This document shows, one piece after another, positions 18,195 through 28,484 of a stretch of DNA of 32,000 nucleotides. The position numbers were made by a program, and so were the translations under genes. Every line of letters begins with the position of its first letter. Within the stretch, counting starts at the first letter, position 1. The notes under the pieces were generated by a model, which was not told the origin of the DNA, searched no databases, and worked only from the letters and a program-made list of their open reading frames with translations. The stretch is from Acaryochloris thomasi RCC1774 (GTDB lineage Bacteria; Cyanobacteriota; Cyanobacteriia; Thermosynechococcales; Thermosynechococcaceae): the NCBI RefSeq assembly GCF_003231495.1, contig NZ_PQWO01000001.1, positions 90,001 through 122,000 on the forward strand, written 5' to 3'.

Positions 18195-18884
18195 CTAAGC
18201 CTTCAATTTTGCAACCATTTCTGCACGGGCAGAAACGTTGAGCTTTCGAAACATCCGCTTGAGCACCTGTTTGACGGCGTCGCGACTGATGTTTAGCTTC
18301 AAAGCAATTTCCCGATTGCTACAGCCTTGAGCCACTAACTCAGAGATATCGAGTTCTCGCGGCGTCAAGCCGTTGACTAGAGAGGGAGCAACAGCAAGGC
18401 GGAACATCGCCAGTCGCACGGATAGATGTAGACACAGAGCACTCAATTGAATCAGATCTCCGTCATAGAAGGCAGGCCAGTCTTTCCCGCGTAAAAAATA
18501 AACACCGCCAATCAAATAACCGTTGCCGACTAGAGGTGCAGCTAACCCATGTTCAACACCATAGACGCGGAATATAGATTGGTAGAGTGTGCTCTGGTGC
18601 CAGTCTTGTTGAGAGTAGACCGATAGATTGTGAACTGGAACTTGATGCTTAATCATCTGTTGGCTGATTTGATCTGCATCGCGTCCAATATCCTGATAGC
18701 GATCATGAAATGTATCGGGCACCCCCCAAAGATCTGACTCAATCACTTGAGCACGCCGGTCCAGTAAATCCAAGCCCCAGGCCGTTGCTCCGACCAGCTC
18801 ACCGGCATAATCCATAAAGCAAGATCGCAACTGCGCTTCATTCGCTACAGTTGTAAGCTTTTCAATCAAAGGAGCAAATTTCAT
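18195..18884 (-). CDS. LuxR-family transcriptional regulator
   Basis: C-terminal LuxR/FixJ-type HTH (LTPRELDISELVAQGCSNREIALKLNISRDAVKQVLKRMFRKLNV) with a GAF-like N-terminal region. I prefer ATG 18884. The track start at 18956 is TTG and lies only 8 nt from the divergent MAPEG start. Confidence 0.8.
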   Translation of the reverse strand: MKFAPLIEKLTTVANEAQLRSCFMDYAGELVGATAWGLDLLDRRAQVIESDLWGVPDTFHDRYQDIGRDADQISQQMIKHQVPVHNLSVYSQQDWHQSTLYQSIFRVYGVEHGLAAPLVGNGYLIGGVYFLRGKDWPAFYDGDLIQLSALCLHLSVRLAMFRLAVAPSLVNGLTPRELDISELVAQGCSNREIALKLNISRDAVKQVLKRMFRKLNVSARAEMVAKLKA

Positions 18885-18964
18885 CAATTTGTACCCAGTT
18901 GGGGACTTGGCTAGCGAGTTTTCAATTTCTATTCTGTAGATCTGGTCTACAGCCAATATTGCCC

Positions 18965-19465
18965 ATGTCTGTTCCTATCTCAGCACTTTTTGTCGGCCTC
19001 AATGGTCTGATCGCATTTGTCCTTTCCTGCATCGTTGTGGCAGAGCGCACTAAAACTCGAATTTGGCATGGAGAAATTGAGGAAGATATTAAGACTCAGA
19101 AAAATTATCTCGCAACCCCAAATCGATGGGCAGCGTTTATCGAAAGATGTACTCGGCAATTTGTGGGCACCAAATTGGCTGACGATGGACTTCTGCAACG
19201 CAAAGTCCGTGCCTATGGCAACTTTACAGAATATATCCCTCTGGGGTTGCTATTGATCATCATTCTAGAGCTGATGTCTACCCCATCCTGGCCCCTCTGG
19301 CTCATGGGAGGTGCATTGACCATCGGACGCATTGCCCACGCATGGGGCTTAATCAAAACCTACGGTCCTTCCCCCGGTCGCGCAATTGGTTTTGGTCTCA
19401 CTTGGCTTGTCTATATTGTTGGTGTTAGTGCCTGTATTTACTGTGGGATGGCTGAACTTCTCTAA
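18965..19465 (+). CDS. MAPEG-family membrane protein (YecN-like)
   Basis: I prefer ATG 18965 (MSVPISALFVGLNG...). It has the pattern R..GNFTEYIPLGLLL...E and GR.AH.WG of bacterial MAPEG proteins, with an inserted loop of about 45 aa. Confidence 0.6.
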   Translation: MSVPISALFVGLNGLIAFVLSCIVVAERTKTRIWHGEIEEDIKTQKNYLATPNRWAAFIERCTRQFVGTKLADDGLLQRKVRAYGNFTEYIPLGLLLIIILELMSTPSWPLWLMGGALTIGRIAHAWGLIKTYGPSPGRAIGFGLTWLVYIVGVSACIYCGMAELL

Positions 19466-19548
19466 CATTGAGCTATAGAAGAGAGACTTGAAACAGATTG
19501 GGCAAAACTCGGCAGCTCTAGGATCCAAATCAACTCAGGAGAAAACTT

Positions 19549-20073
19549 ATGCGAGACCTCGATTACCTGAATCCAAACTCTACCCAGACTCTCCGTGAGG
19601 GGGTTCGAGAACTTCGCGCCCATGAGGGAGCCACTAGTGATGCCGCAGAGAATGTTGTACCTGACCTGAGCGATGACATTGATATGCATGATGCAATTCA
19701 TGTGCTATTCGGTTGTCCCACTAACTTGTTAGGAGAAATCATTGCCCATGTATGGACGGCCTTTGGCACAACAGTAAAGATGCAAGATATGCACCGAGTG
19801 AACATGCACGATGATCATCAACAAGTCCTGTCAAAAATAGGATACGGACGTTTGATCAAGACTTGGCTTTCTAGTCTTCCGAGAATTATTGCTACGCTCA
19901 TTAGCGCGATGGCAATGAAACACCGTTGGCCTGCTGAAGATTACACGTTTTATCTAGATCAACGATTATGTGACCTTCGAGAAAACTTTGGCATTCGCCT
20001 TCCTGAGTTGCCACTTAACGATCAAGCTAGTTCAGGTGCAGCGCTCCGAACGATTCAATTGCGCAACCCATGA
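19549..20073 (+). CDS. Coq4-family-like protein
   Basis: 174-aa ORF containing H47-D-A-I-H51-x11-E63 (HDAIHVLFGCPTNLLGE). This matches the Coq4 putative metal-ligand motif HDxxH-x10-13-E. Confidence 0.5.
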   Translation: MRDLDYLNPNSTQTLREGVRELRAHEGATSDAAENVVPDLSDDIDMHDAIHVLFGCPTNLLGEIIAHVWTAFGTTVKMQDMHRVNMHDDHQQVLSKIGYGRLIKTWLSSLPRIIATLISAMAMKHRWPAEDYTFYLDQRLCDLRENFGIRLPELPLNDQASSGAALRTIQLRNP

Positions 20074-20093
20074 AGTCTCAATCAAAGCGGGCA

Positions 20094-21566
20094 CTAGAAT
20101 AGCATTGCCCCATCTAACTCTGCAGGAATGTTGTGGGTGTGGGCACCTTCTCCGCAAGTGCGTGGCGTCGGGAAGACCTTGCCTGGATTAGCTAGTTCCT
20201 TTGGATTAAACACATGCCGGACCCACTGCATTGTCTCTAAATCCGCCTTCGAGAACATTTCAGGCATATAGCAGCGCTTATCCGCCCCGATTCCATGCTC
20301 ACCAGAGATACTGCCGCCCTTCTGAACGCAGAGCTTTAGAATCTCGCCGCCCAGCGCCTCTACCTGCTGTAGCGCTCCTGGCTCTGACTCATCGTAAAGA
20401 ATCAACGGGTGTAGATTACCGTCCCCAGCATGGAAAACATTCGCCACCCGATGTCCATACTTTTTGCTCAGCGCCTCAATCTGCTTCAGCGTATCCGCAA
20501 GCTGCGTTCTCGGAATCACCCCATCCTGTACAAAGTAATTCGGGCTCATATTCCCCGCCGCCGCAAAAGCCGCCTTTCGGCCTTTCCACATTTTGTCGCG
20601 GGTGGCCGCATCACCTGCCGCCGAGACGTTCCGCGCTCCATTTTGGCGGCAGATATCTGCAACGCGCTGGCTGCTGGCCTCTACCTCCACTGCCATGCCG
20701 TCTAGCTCTACCAGCAAAATCGCTCCGGCATCACGGGGATAGCAGTCCGTCTTCACCACATCCTCAACAGCGTTGATGCTGAGATTATCCATAATCTCCA
20801 TACCCGCTGGAATCACGCCTGCCGCAATAATATCGGCAACGGTGGCCCCTGCGGCTTCAACGTTGGTAAAGTCCGCCAGTAAAACCTTGACGGTCTCCGC
20901 TTTTTTGAGAATCTGCAGCGTAATTTCAGTGGCAATGCCCAGCGTTCCTTCGGAGCCGACAAAGATACCTGTAAGGTCGTACCCTGGCATCTCTGGAACT
21001 TTACTGCCTAGATCAACAATCGAGCCGTCGGTCAGCACCATCTTCATTCCGAGAACGTGGTTGGTGGTGACGCCATACTTAAGACAGTGGACGCCACCTG
21101 AATTCTCAGCGATGTTGCCGCCAATAGAGCAAATGATTTGGCTAGATGGATCTGGTGCGTAGTAAAAGCCTGCCTGGCTGACCGCTTGCGTTACCCAGGC
21201 ATTAATCACCCCTGGCTGAACGACAACCCGGCGATTCTCTAGATCCACTTCTAGAATTTGATTCATGCGAGTGGTGACAATTAGAACACAGCCCTCTGTG
21301 GGCAGCGCTCCTCCCGACAAGCCCGTACCCGATCCGCGAGCGACGAAGGGGATATCATTCTGGTCGCAGATTCGAACGATCGCAGCAACTTCTTCAGTGG
21401 TGCGAGGCAGAACCACTAAACTGGGACGTTCTCGGTAGCTAAGGAGACCATCACATTCGTAAACGGAGCGTTCTTCTGGTGTCACGATAACGCCCTGCTT
21501 GCCAGCAATCTTTTCAAACTGCTTGATAAGGGGCTTCCAGTTTTGAGTCTTTTCTTGCGTCAACAT
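20094..21566 (-). CDS. glcD: glycolate oxidase/dehydrogenase subunit GlcD (FAD-linked oxidase)
   Basis: 490-aa ORF with an FAD-binding PCMH domain (PFVARGSGTGLSGGA) and a C-terminal SGEHGIG motif. Length and pattern fit cyanobacterial GlcD. Confidence 0.88.
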   Translation of the reverse strand: MLTQEKTQNWKPLIKQFEKIAGKQGVIVTPEERSVYECDGLLSYRERPSLVVLPRTTEEVAAIVRICDQNDIPFVARGSGTGLSGGALPTEGCVLIVTTRMNQILEVDLENRRVVVQPGVINAWVTQAVSQAGFYYAPDPSSQIICSIGGNIAENSGGVHCLKYGVTTNHVLGMKMVLTDGSIVDLGSKVPEMPGYDLTGIFVGSEGTLGIATEITLQILKKAETVKVLLADFTNVEAAGATVADIIAAGVIPAGMEIMDNLSINAVEDVVKTDCYPRDAGAILLVELDGMAVEVEASSQRVADICRQNGARNVSAAGDAATRDKMWKGRKAAFAAAGNMSPNYFVQDGVIPRTQLADTLKQIEALSKKYGHRVANVFHAGDGNLHPLILYDESEPGALQQVEALGGEILKLCVQKGGSISGEHGIGADKRCYMPEMFSKADLETMQWVRHVFNPKELANPGKVFPTPRTCGEGAHTHNIPAELDGAMLF

Positions 21567-21706
21567 AGTTGATAAACGAGCGTTAAGCCTATGAATAGCT
21601 TACTGTGTATAGACCGACACCTTACATATTCACGGGGATATCTTGCTCAGAGCTGGACAATAACTTCCAATGAATCCAACAAGAAGCGGAGAAGCTAAGG
21701 GTAGCG

Positions 21707-21811
21707 ATGGCTTTGACGAAAGATTTCAAAGAGACTATCAGGACTAGAGAACGGCAAGAGCTAGAGTTTGCGATCGCAATCCCAAACAAAGTGGTAACGC
21801 TAGTTCTATGA
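21707..21811 (+). pseudogene. N-terminal fragment of an addiction-module antidote (HigA-like) gene
   Basis: MALTKDFKETIRTRERQELEF... resembles the conserved N-terminus MALT+DFKETV.AR....PEF of a widespread HTH antidote family, but it stops after 34 codons. Just upstream, ...ILLRAGQ / IQQEAEKL fragments in two frames resemble the C-terminus of the partner Gp49/RelE-like killer. Confidence 0.3.
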
Positions 21812-21884
21812 AGAACCAGAGACAGCAAGACTTATTCATCATTTTCTGAGCGCGGTCAATATTTTCGAGCAGATACAGTGAACT

Positions 21885-21901
21885 GTCTACAACGTCTACA
21901 A
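21885..21901 (+). promoter_or_regulatory. tandem octamer GTCTACAA-c-GTCTACAA, operator/promoter candidate of parDE-1
   Basis: The direct repeat overlaps a TACAAT -10-like hexamer and lies 42 nt upstream of the parD-1 ATG. The architecture is similar at 28165-28183. Confidence 0.45.
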
Positions 21902-21942
21902 TGTAAATAAATCAACCTTGGTCACATCATTATCGATCGTCC

Positions 21943-22188
21943 ATGACCAAAGAAATCACCGTTTCTACCCGAGTCACCGAAGAACTTGCCACCCAAATCG
22001 ACCAGCTCTCTGAATCGCTAGGCCGCACTCGCGCCTGGATTCTCCATCAGGCTCTAGAAGCTTACGTCAGTAACGAATACGAGTTTTTACAGTCCGTTCA
22101 GCAAGGGTTTGATGACCTTGCCCAAGGCGAAATCGTAGATCATGCTGAAGTCGTTACCGACTACTCTCGTAGACGAACTGCTCCATAG
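21943..22188 (+). CDS. parD: ribbon-helix-helix antitoxin (ParD/CopG-like)
   Basis: 81-aa ORF. It has an N-terminal RHH pattern (ITVSTRVTEELATQIDQLSESLGRTRAWILHQALEAYV), and its stop overlaps the toxin GTG by 1 nt. Confidence 0.75.
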   Translation: MTKEITVSTRVTEELATQIDQLSESLGRTRAWILHQALEAYVSNEYEFLQSVQQGFDDLAQGEIVDHAEVVTDYSRRRTAP

Positions 22189-22469
22189 TGTCCATCGTTT
22201 GGACTAAAAGCGCCCGACAGGATGTAAACGATATTTGGGATTACCTAGCGCTTCGCAACCCAGATGCAGCCGAGCTAACCGAAAGCCAGATTCTCAAAGC
22301 CATCGAAGGGCTATCGGAGTTCCCTAAACGAGGTAGGCCCGGTCGTGCTGCCGGAACCCGAGAACTGGTGATTAAGGGATCGCCCTACGTGGCGGTTTAC
22401 TGGGTGGAAGAAACTCGCGTCGTGATTCTACGAGTCCTACACGGTGCACAGGATTGGCCGAATCTATGA
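22188..22469 (+). CDS. parE: ParE/RelE-family toxin
   Basis: 93-aa ORF: W...A..D...I..Y......A.........I..L..FP..GRPGR..GTRELV...SPY...Y......V.ILRVLHG.Q. Confidence 0.85.
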   Translation: MSIVWTKSARQDVNDIWDYLALRNPDAAELTESQILKAIEGLSEFPKRGRPGRAAGTRELVIKGSPYVAVYWVEETRVVILRVLHGAQDWPNL

Positions 22470-22504
22470 AGGTCAAATTAATTGCGGATGATGTTGCACA
22501 ACCA

Positions 22505-23074
22505 TCAACAGTCATCGTTCCTGACGGTGCCATCGGGCAAAATAGTGTTGCAGAGGATTCCTGGAGTGAACAATGCCTCAATGTTGTCCCAAGTCTCGGC
22601 TCCGCTGAAGTCAGCGAAGGATAAGTCAGCATTGAAGAGAACTTCCTTGAGGAAAGCGTCTCGTAAATTCGCGTAGGAGAGATTAGCGCCACTGATATTG
22701 GTCTGTCCCATCGCGGCTTGATGCAAGTTCGCATGAATGAGGCACGCACCAATCAAGGAAGCTTGGAAGAGTTTAGCCCCGATCAAAATAGCGTTTTGTA
22801 AATTAGCGTTGCCTAGCGTGGCACAGGAAAGGCTGGCCTGGGTCAAGTCCGCGCCACGCAAGTTGATATTGGCTAGTTCGGAATCACCCAAAATTGTTTT
22901 CTTCAAGGTAGCTCCTTCGAGATTAGATCCAATGAGAGATATCCCTGTCAAATTAGCTTCGCTGAGATTGATCCCTCGCAAGTCAACCCTGTTCAGACGA
23001 GCATCTTCGAGTTCAATGCCAGCAAAATCGCGTTTTCCAGCAGCGTACTGCTCCAGCAATTCCTCGGGACTCAT
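22505..23074 (-). CDS. pentapeptide repeat protein
   Basis: 189-aa ORF made almost entirely of tandem A(D/N)LxX pentapeptides (e.g. ANLTGISLIGSNLEGATL, ADLTQASLSCATLGNANLQNA). Confidence 0.9.
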   Translation of the reverse strand: MSPEELLEQYAAGKRDFAGIELEDARLNRVDLRGINLSEANLTGISLIGSNLEGATLKKTILGDSELANINLRGADLTQASLSCATLGNANLQNAILIGAKLFQASLIGACLIHANLHQAAMGQTNISGANLSYANLRDAFLKEVLFNADLSFADFSGAETWDNIEALFTPGILCNTILPDGTVRNDDC

Positions 23075-23542
23075 ATAACCCGCCTACCGTTCAATGAACC
23101 TAATGTTTCTTCAGTCGTTGATAGCTTACCTGCTAGTCAACTTGCCGAGATTGCTCTAACTGATTTTGATCCCGATGGATTGCTCGCAGACTGAACGCTC
23201 TTTATTGATGCAGCTGCAGCGTACCGTCCGACATCATTTTTGGCTTCTGCTCTCCTAGTATTTGCTACTTGCTATCGACTCACTGCCGCATTAGAAAAGC
23301 ATGAGTCTCCTCCCGCCACAGAAAATAGCATTGTTATGTTGGCGTTGCTACAGTTTACGGTTGAAATTGGTGCCACTTTAGTAAGGCTATGGCTTGCCTA
23401 CCAAGCTTTTGGCTGAAGTCGCTACAATAGTAATACGGTCATTACTCCCCCGGACGCATGGGAATGGCTCACTGCTCGCTACAGGTAAATCTCTCCTTTT
23501 GGCAGATTTACTCTTAAGACGTTGATTATAGGTATCTCAAGA

Positions 23543-26500
23543 ATGTCTCATCACCAGGCTCACCAAACCGCTGCAGGATTTCAAGGACAGCCTTGGCTGG
23601 TCGAGGAACGCGATGCCTGTGGTGTGGGCTTTATTGCTAGTCAACACGGTGAAGAAACCCATCGCCTGATTGAACATGCCCTGACAGGGCTAACCTGCAT
23701 GGAGCACCGGGGAGCCTGCAGCGCCGATCGCGATTCCGGTGACGGCGCAGGTCTGATGACCGCAATCCCTTGGGGTTTGTTTCAACCTTGGTTAGAGGCG
23801 CAGAATGCCTCGGTGAAAGACGCTACGGGCGTGGGCATGGTGTTTTTGCCTGATGATGAAGAGAGGAGTGCGATCGCACGTCAAAAACTAGAACACCTCG
23901 CCACAGAAGTAGGGTTAAACATCATTGGATGGCGTCCCGTCCCCGTTCATCCAGAAGTATTGGGAGAGCAGGCCAAAGCTAATCAGCCGCGAATCGAACA
24001 ACTTTTTGTCACCTCTGAAACGCTGAAGGGCGATGACTTAGAGCGACAGCTTTATCTGGTCCGCAAGCGAATAGAACAGGCCGCAATGGGGAGCGACTGG
24101 GGCACCGATTTCTATGTCTGTTCTTTCTCAAGCCGCACGATTGTCTATAAGGGGATGGTGCGCTCTGAAGTCCTCGGGATGTTTTATGCCGATTTGCAGA
24201 ACCCGCTCTACACAAGTGCCTTCGCGATTTATCACCGTCGCTTCAGCACTAACACGATGCCCAAGTGGCCGCTGGCGCAGCCGATGCGATTCCTAGGTCA
24301 CAATGGCGAAATTAATACGCTGCTCGGCAACATCAACTGGATGAAGGCGCGCAAGCCTCAGCTCAGCCATCCCCACTGGGACCAGTACGCTGAGTCGCTC
24401 GATCCGATTGTGAATGCGAACAATAGCGACTCGTCCAATTTAGATAACGCGATGGAGCTGTTGGTGCAGTCTGGTCGCAGCCCTCAAGAGGCGCTGATGA
24501 TTTTGGTGCCGGAAGCCTATCGCAATCAGCCTGCACTTACCGATCATCCTGAGATTGTGGACTTCTACGAGTACTACAGCGGCCTGCAAGAAGCCTGGGA
24601 TGGTCCGGCCCTAGTCGTATTCAGTGATGGCAAGATGGTGGGGGCGACGCTCGATCGCAACGGCCTCCGTCCGGCGCGGTACTGCATTACTAAAAATGAC
24701 TATGTGATCGTCGGGTCAGAAGCTGGCGTGGTGCCAATCCCAGAGGCTGACATCGTATCTAAGGGGCGGCTAGGGCCAGGGCAGATGATTGCGGTGGATC
24801 TGGAGAAAGAGGAAGTTCTCACCAACTGGCAGATTAAGCAGCGAATTTCTCAGGCACATCCCTATGGGGACTGGATTAAGGAGCAGCGGCAGACATTGGC
24901 CGAAGGTGAATTCCTTGCCAAAGCCCAGATGGATTCGGCGACCTGCTTGAATCAACAGACTGCCTATGGCTATTCCCTAGAAGATGTAGAGATGGTTGTG
25001 CAGGCAATGGCGAAGGATGGCAAGGAGCCGACCTTCTGCATGGGGGATGATATTCCGCTATCGATTTTGTCGTCGCGATCGCATGTCCTCTACGACTATT
25101 TCAAGCAACGGTTTGCACAGGTCACGAACCCCGCCATTGACCCGCTGCGCGAAAAGCTGGTGATGTCTCTGAGTACACAGCTCGGCGAACGCGGGAATTT
25201 ATTAGCCCACGATCCGAAGTCAGCGCAGCTCTTGAAATTATCATCGCCAGTTCTCAATGAAGCTGAACTGGATACGGTGCAGGCATCTAAGCTCGGAACC
25301 GAGACGCTATCGACGCTGTTTGCCGTCGCCGATGGACCGGATGGTTTGAAGCAGGCGGTTCAGAAACTCTGTGAGCAAGCGACCGCAGCGGTGCAGGCCG
25401 GCAAAGGAATTCTGGTACTGAGCGATCGCATCTCCTCAACCCAAGCATCAACCCACCTAGATGCGGACCATACCTATATTCCGCCGCTTTTGGCAGTGGG
25501 AGCCGTTCACCATCACCTGATTCGTCAAAGATTGCGGCTCAAGGCATCTATCGTGGTGGATACCGCTCAATGCTGGAGTACCCATCATTTCGCTTGTCTG
25601 ATTGGCTATGGTGCAGCCGCTATTTGCCCTTACCTGGCACTTGAAACGACTCGCCAATGGTGGGCCAGCGACAAGACCCAGAAAATGATGGAGCGGGGCA
25701 AGATTGAATCTACGACGATTGCGGGTGCCCAAAGCAACTATCGCAAGGCGGTTGAAGCTGGATTGTTGAAGATTCTCTCGAAGATGGGCATTTCCCTGCT
25801 GGCAAGCTATCAAGGCGCACAGATTTTTGAAGCGATTGGCATTGGTTCTGAGCTGCTAGAGCTGGGCTTTGTCGGTACAACTTCTCGCGTGGGCGGTCTT
25901 TCCACTGCGGAGCTGGCGCAGGAAGTAATGGAATTTCATCGCAACGCCTTCCCAGAACTGGATGCCAAGAAGCTGGAGAACTTTGGCTTCATTCAATATC
26001 GACCGGGCGGCGAGTATCACATGAATACGCCCAATATTGCTAAGGTGCTGCACCAGGCCGTAGAGGAGAAACAGTACGATCACTACGAAGTCTATAAGCA
26101 ACAGCTTCAGAACCGACCGATTACCGCGTTCCGTGATTTGCTGGACTTCAGGTTGGGGGATAACGCAATCCCTCTAGAAGATGTAGAACCCGTGGAAGAT
26201 ATTGTGCAGCGTTTTTGCACGGGTGGGATGTCTTTAGGAGCGCTTTCGCGGGAAGCCCATGAGGTACTTGCGATCGCAATGAATCGCCTCGGCGGTCGCT
26301 CCAATTCAGGCGAAGGCGGCGAAGACTCAATCCGCTTCAAGGTTCTAGACGACGTAGATGCTGAGGGCAAATCACAACAGCTCCCCCACCTCAACGGCTT
26401 ACGAAACGGTGACACTGCCAGCTCTGCTATCAAGCAGGTGGCATCAGGACGCTTCGGAGTCACGCCTGAATATCTGATGAACGCCAAGCAGATCGAGATC

Positions 26501-28156
26501 AAGCTGGCTCAGGGTGCAAAACCCGGTGAAGGCGGACAGCTTCCAGGCAAAAAGGTAAGTGCATACATTGCCAAACTACGGAAGTCGAAGCCAGGAGTGA
26601 CGCTGATTTCACCGCCGCCTCACCATGATATTTATTCTATTGAGGACTTGGCTCAGCTCATTTTTGATCTGCACCAGATCAATCCCAAGGCTCGGGTTTC
26701 AGTGAAGCTCGTATCTGAAATTGGCATCGGCACGATCGCCGCCGGAGTCGCAAAAGCCAACGCCGACATCATTCAGATTTCAGGACATGACGGCGGCACG
26801 GGAGCTTCCCCTCTTAGCTCCATCAAGCATGCCGGAAGCCCTTGGGAGTTGGGCCTTACTGAGGTGCATCGCACGCTAATGGAAAACCAGCTTCGCGATC
26901 GCGTCACCCTCAGAGTCGATGGCGGTCTCAAAACCGGCTGGGATATTATTATGGCCGCGATGATGGGCGCTGAGGAATATGGTTTCGGCTCCATCGCCAT
27001 GATTGCAGAGGGCTGCATTATGGCCCGCATTTGTCACACCAACAATTGTCCGGTGGGCGTTGCCACTCAGCAGGAGAAGCTGCGGCAGCGGTTTACGGGG
27101 ATTCCTGAGCATGTGGTTAACTTCTTTGGCTTTATTGCAGAGGAAGTGCGATCGCTTCTCGCTCAGTTAGGCGTTCGCTCTTTAGATGAGATCATTGGCC
27201 GCTCCGACCTGCTGCAAATGCTCGAGGGCGCTGGCCTCACAAAAACGGCGGCGGTGAACTTGGATTGTTTAACGATGCTGCCAGATTCTCGAACGGAACG
27301 CGGTTGGCTTCAGCATGAAGAAGTCCACAGCAATGGGCCTGTGTTTGATGATCAGCTTTTGGCAGATCCTGATATTCAGGCGGCGATTACTCAACATGCT
27401 CAAGTAGAGAAAAGCTTTGAGGTGGTGAATACGGATCGGGCTGTGGGGGCGCGGGTTTCGGGTGCGATCGCAACTCAATACGGCAACACGGGCTTCCAGG
27501 GTCAAATCACCCTCAACCTCAAGGGCAGCGCCGGTCAAAGCTTCGGAGCCTTCAACCTTCCGGGCATGATTCTCAAGCTCACGGGCGAGGCCAATGACTA
27601 TGTGGGCAAAGGTATGCACGGTGGTGAAATCGTGGTTCAACCGCCTACAGAATCACCCTTTGAAGCAGCAGACAACGTAATCATCGGCAACACCTGTCTG
27701 TATGGAGCCACCGGAGGCACCCTATTCGCTAACGGCAAAGCCGGAGAGCGATTTGCGGTGCGAAATTCTAAGGCCCAGGCCGTCATTGAAGGGGCAGGCG
27801 ATCACTGCTGCGAGTATATGACGGGCGGCGTGATTGTGGTTCTGGGTGAGACGGGTCGCAATGTGGGTGCGGGCATGACGGGTGGATTGACCTACGTTTT
27901 GGATGAGGATGGGAGTTTCCCCACTAAGGTGAATCCTGAGATTGTTCAGTTGCAGCGGGTTGTGACTGAGGCGGGTGAGCAGCAGCTTCGCACCCTCATT
28001 CAAGCCCATGTAGAGCATACGGGGAGTGCCAAAGGAGCGGCTGTTTTGAGACAGTGGCCTGACTGCTTGCCTCAGTTTTGGCAAGTGGTGCCACCATCTG
28101 AAGCAGAGCGCCCAGAGGTTACAGCAGCGGAGAAGGTGTTGACGCCAACGGCGTAA
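23543..28156 (+). CDS. glsF: ferredoxin-dependent glutamate synthase
   Basis: About 1537 aa from ATG 23543. The N-terminal amidotransferase Cys lies in [11 protein letters not shown]. The FMN/3Fe-4S domains carry [30 protein letters not shown] and [21 protein letters not shown]-terminal GXGXG beta-helix domain is present. The single large subunit is the size of the Fd-GOGAT class. Confidence 0.95.
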   Translation: MSHHQAHQTAAGFQGQPWLVEERDACGVGFIASQHGEETHRLIEHALTGLTCMEHRGACSADRDSGDGAGLMTAIPWGLFQPWLEAQNASVKDATGVGMVFLPDDEERSAIARQKLEHLATEVGLNIIGWRPVPVHPEVLGEQAKANQPRIEQLFVTSETLKGDDLERQLYLVRKRIEQAAMGSDWGTDFYVCSFSSRTIVYKGMVRSEVLGMFYADLQNPLYTSAFAIYHRRFSTNTMPKWPLAQPMRFLGHNGEINTLLGNINWMKARKPQLSHPHWDQYAESLDPIVNANNSDSSNLDNAMELLVQSGRSPQEALMILVPEAYRNQPALTDHPEIVDFYEYYSGLQEAWDGPALVVFSDGKMVGATLDRNGLRPARYCITKNDYVIVGSEAGVVPIPEADIVSKGRLGPGQMIAVDLEKEEVLTNWQIKQRISQAHPYGDWIKEQRQTLAEGEFLAKAQMDSATCLNQQTAYGYSLEDVEMVVQAMAKDGKEPTFCMGDDIPLSILSSRSHVLYDYFKQRFAQVTNPAIDPLREKLVMSLSTQLGERGNLLAHDPKSAQLLKLSSPVLNEAELDTVQASKLGTETLSTLFAVADGPDGLKQAVQKLCEQATAAVQAGKGILVLSDRISSTQASTHLDADHTYIPPLLAVGAVHHHLIRQRLRLKASIVVDTAQCWSTHHFACLIGYGAAAICPYLALETTRQWWASDKTQKMMERGKIESTTIAGAQSNYRKAVEAGLLKILSKMGISLLASYQGAQIFEAIGIGSELLELGFVGTTSRVGGLSTAELAQEVMEFHRNAFPELDAKKLENFGFIQYRPGGEYHMNTPNIAKVLHQAVEEKQYDHYEVYKQQLQNRPITAFRDLLDFRLGDNAIPLEDVEPVEDIVQRFCTGGMSLGALSREAHEVLAIAMNRLGGRSNSGEGGEDSIRFKVLDDVDAEGKSQQLPHLNGLRNGDTASSAIKQVASGRFGVTPEYLMNAKQIEIKLAQGAKPGEGGQLPGKKVSAYIAKLRKSKPGVTLISPPPHHDIYSIEDLAQLIFDLHQINPKARVSVKLVSEIGIGTIAAGVAKANADIIQISGHDGGTGASPLSSIKHAGSPWELGLTEVHRTLMENQLRDRVTLRVDGGLKTGWDIIMAAMMGAEEYGFGSIAMIAEGCIMARICHTNNCPVGVATQQEKLRQRFTGIPEHVVNFFGFIAEEVRSLLAQLGVRSLDEIIGRSDLLQMLEGAGLTKTAAVNLDCLTMLPDSRTERGWLQHEEVHSNGPVFDDQLLADPDIQAAITQHAQVEKSFEVVNTDRAVGARVSGAIATQYGNTGFQGQITLNLKGSAGQSFGAFNLPGMILKLTGEANDYVGKGMHGGEIVVQPPTESPFEAADNVIIGNTCLYGATGGTLFANGKAGERFAVRNSKAQAVIEGAGDHCCEYMTGGVIVVLGETGRNVGAGMTGGLTYVLDEDGSFPTKVNPEIVQLQRVVTEAGEQQLRTLIQAHVEHTGSAKGAAVLRQWPDCLPQFWQVVPPSEAERPEVTAAEKVLTPTA

Positions 28157-28164
28157 GGCAGCTT

Positions 28165-28183
28165 TTGTACACAATGTGTACAA
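28165..28183. promoter_or_regulatory. 19-bp perfect palindrome TTGTACACA-A-TGTGTACAA, operator candidate of parDE-2
   Basis: 9-bp arms with a 1-nt centre. It starts 9 nt after the glsF stop and ends 28 nt before the parD-2 ATG. It contains a TACAAT -10-like hexamer (28179-28184) and can also be read as the tandem octamers GTACACAA-t-GTGTACAA. Confidence 0.55.
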
Positions 28184-28211
28184 TTGAAGTGGAACATTGC
28201 TAGTATTCCAC

Positions 28212-28484
28212 ATGACTGAAACTGCGACGATTACGGTTCGTCTGAATGCCTCCCTTAAGCAACAACTAGAGGCACTTGCTCAAAGCACCCAACGTAGTAA
28301 GTCATGGTTAGCGGCTAAAGCGATTGCTGCGTACCTTGAGCAGGAAGCTTGGCAGATCCAGCAAATTGAGGTGGCTGTTGAACAAGCGAATCAGCCTGAT
28401 ACTGAGTGGGTTGATCATAGCGATGTATCTGCTTGGCTAGAAACTTGGGGCACCGATGAAGAGAAATCTGCTCCATGCCCATAG
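28212..28484 (+). CDS. parD: ribbon-helix-helix antitoxin (ParD/CopG-like)
   Basis: I prefer ATG 28212 (MTETATITVRLNASLKQQLEALAQSTQRSKSWLAAKAIAAYL), which gives an RHH fold pattern. It overlaps the toxin start by 10 nt. Confidence 0.8.
   Translation: MTETATITVRLNASLKQQLEALAQSTQRSKSWLAAKAIAAYLEQEAWQIQQIEVAVEQANQPDTEWVDHSDVSAWLETWGTDEEKSAPCP

Noticed and set aside
20231-21162. Plus-strand ORFs antisense to glcD (181, 91 and 129 aa).
   Set aside because: They have Pro/Ser/Arg-rich shadow-frame composition, and glcD is unambiguous.
22372-23078. ORFs 22372-22752 (-), 22482-22676 (+) and 22737-23078 (+) around the pentapeptide gene.
   Set aside because: They are alternative or antisense frames of the highly repetitive pentapeptide coding sequence and of the parE 3' end, and have no independent support.
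23429-23446. NtcA-binding site upstream of glsF.
   Set aside because: The palindrome reads GTA-N10-TAC, not the canonical GTA-N8-TAC. No GTAN8TAC was found in 23075-23542.
24009-28213. Numerous minus-strand and alternative-frame ORFs (60-163 aa) within glsF.
   Set aside because: All are embedded in the 4.6-kb Fd-GOGAT frame, which has continuous family motifs. They are shadow ORFs.
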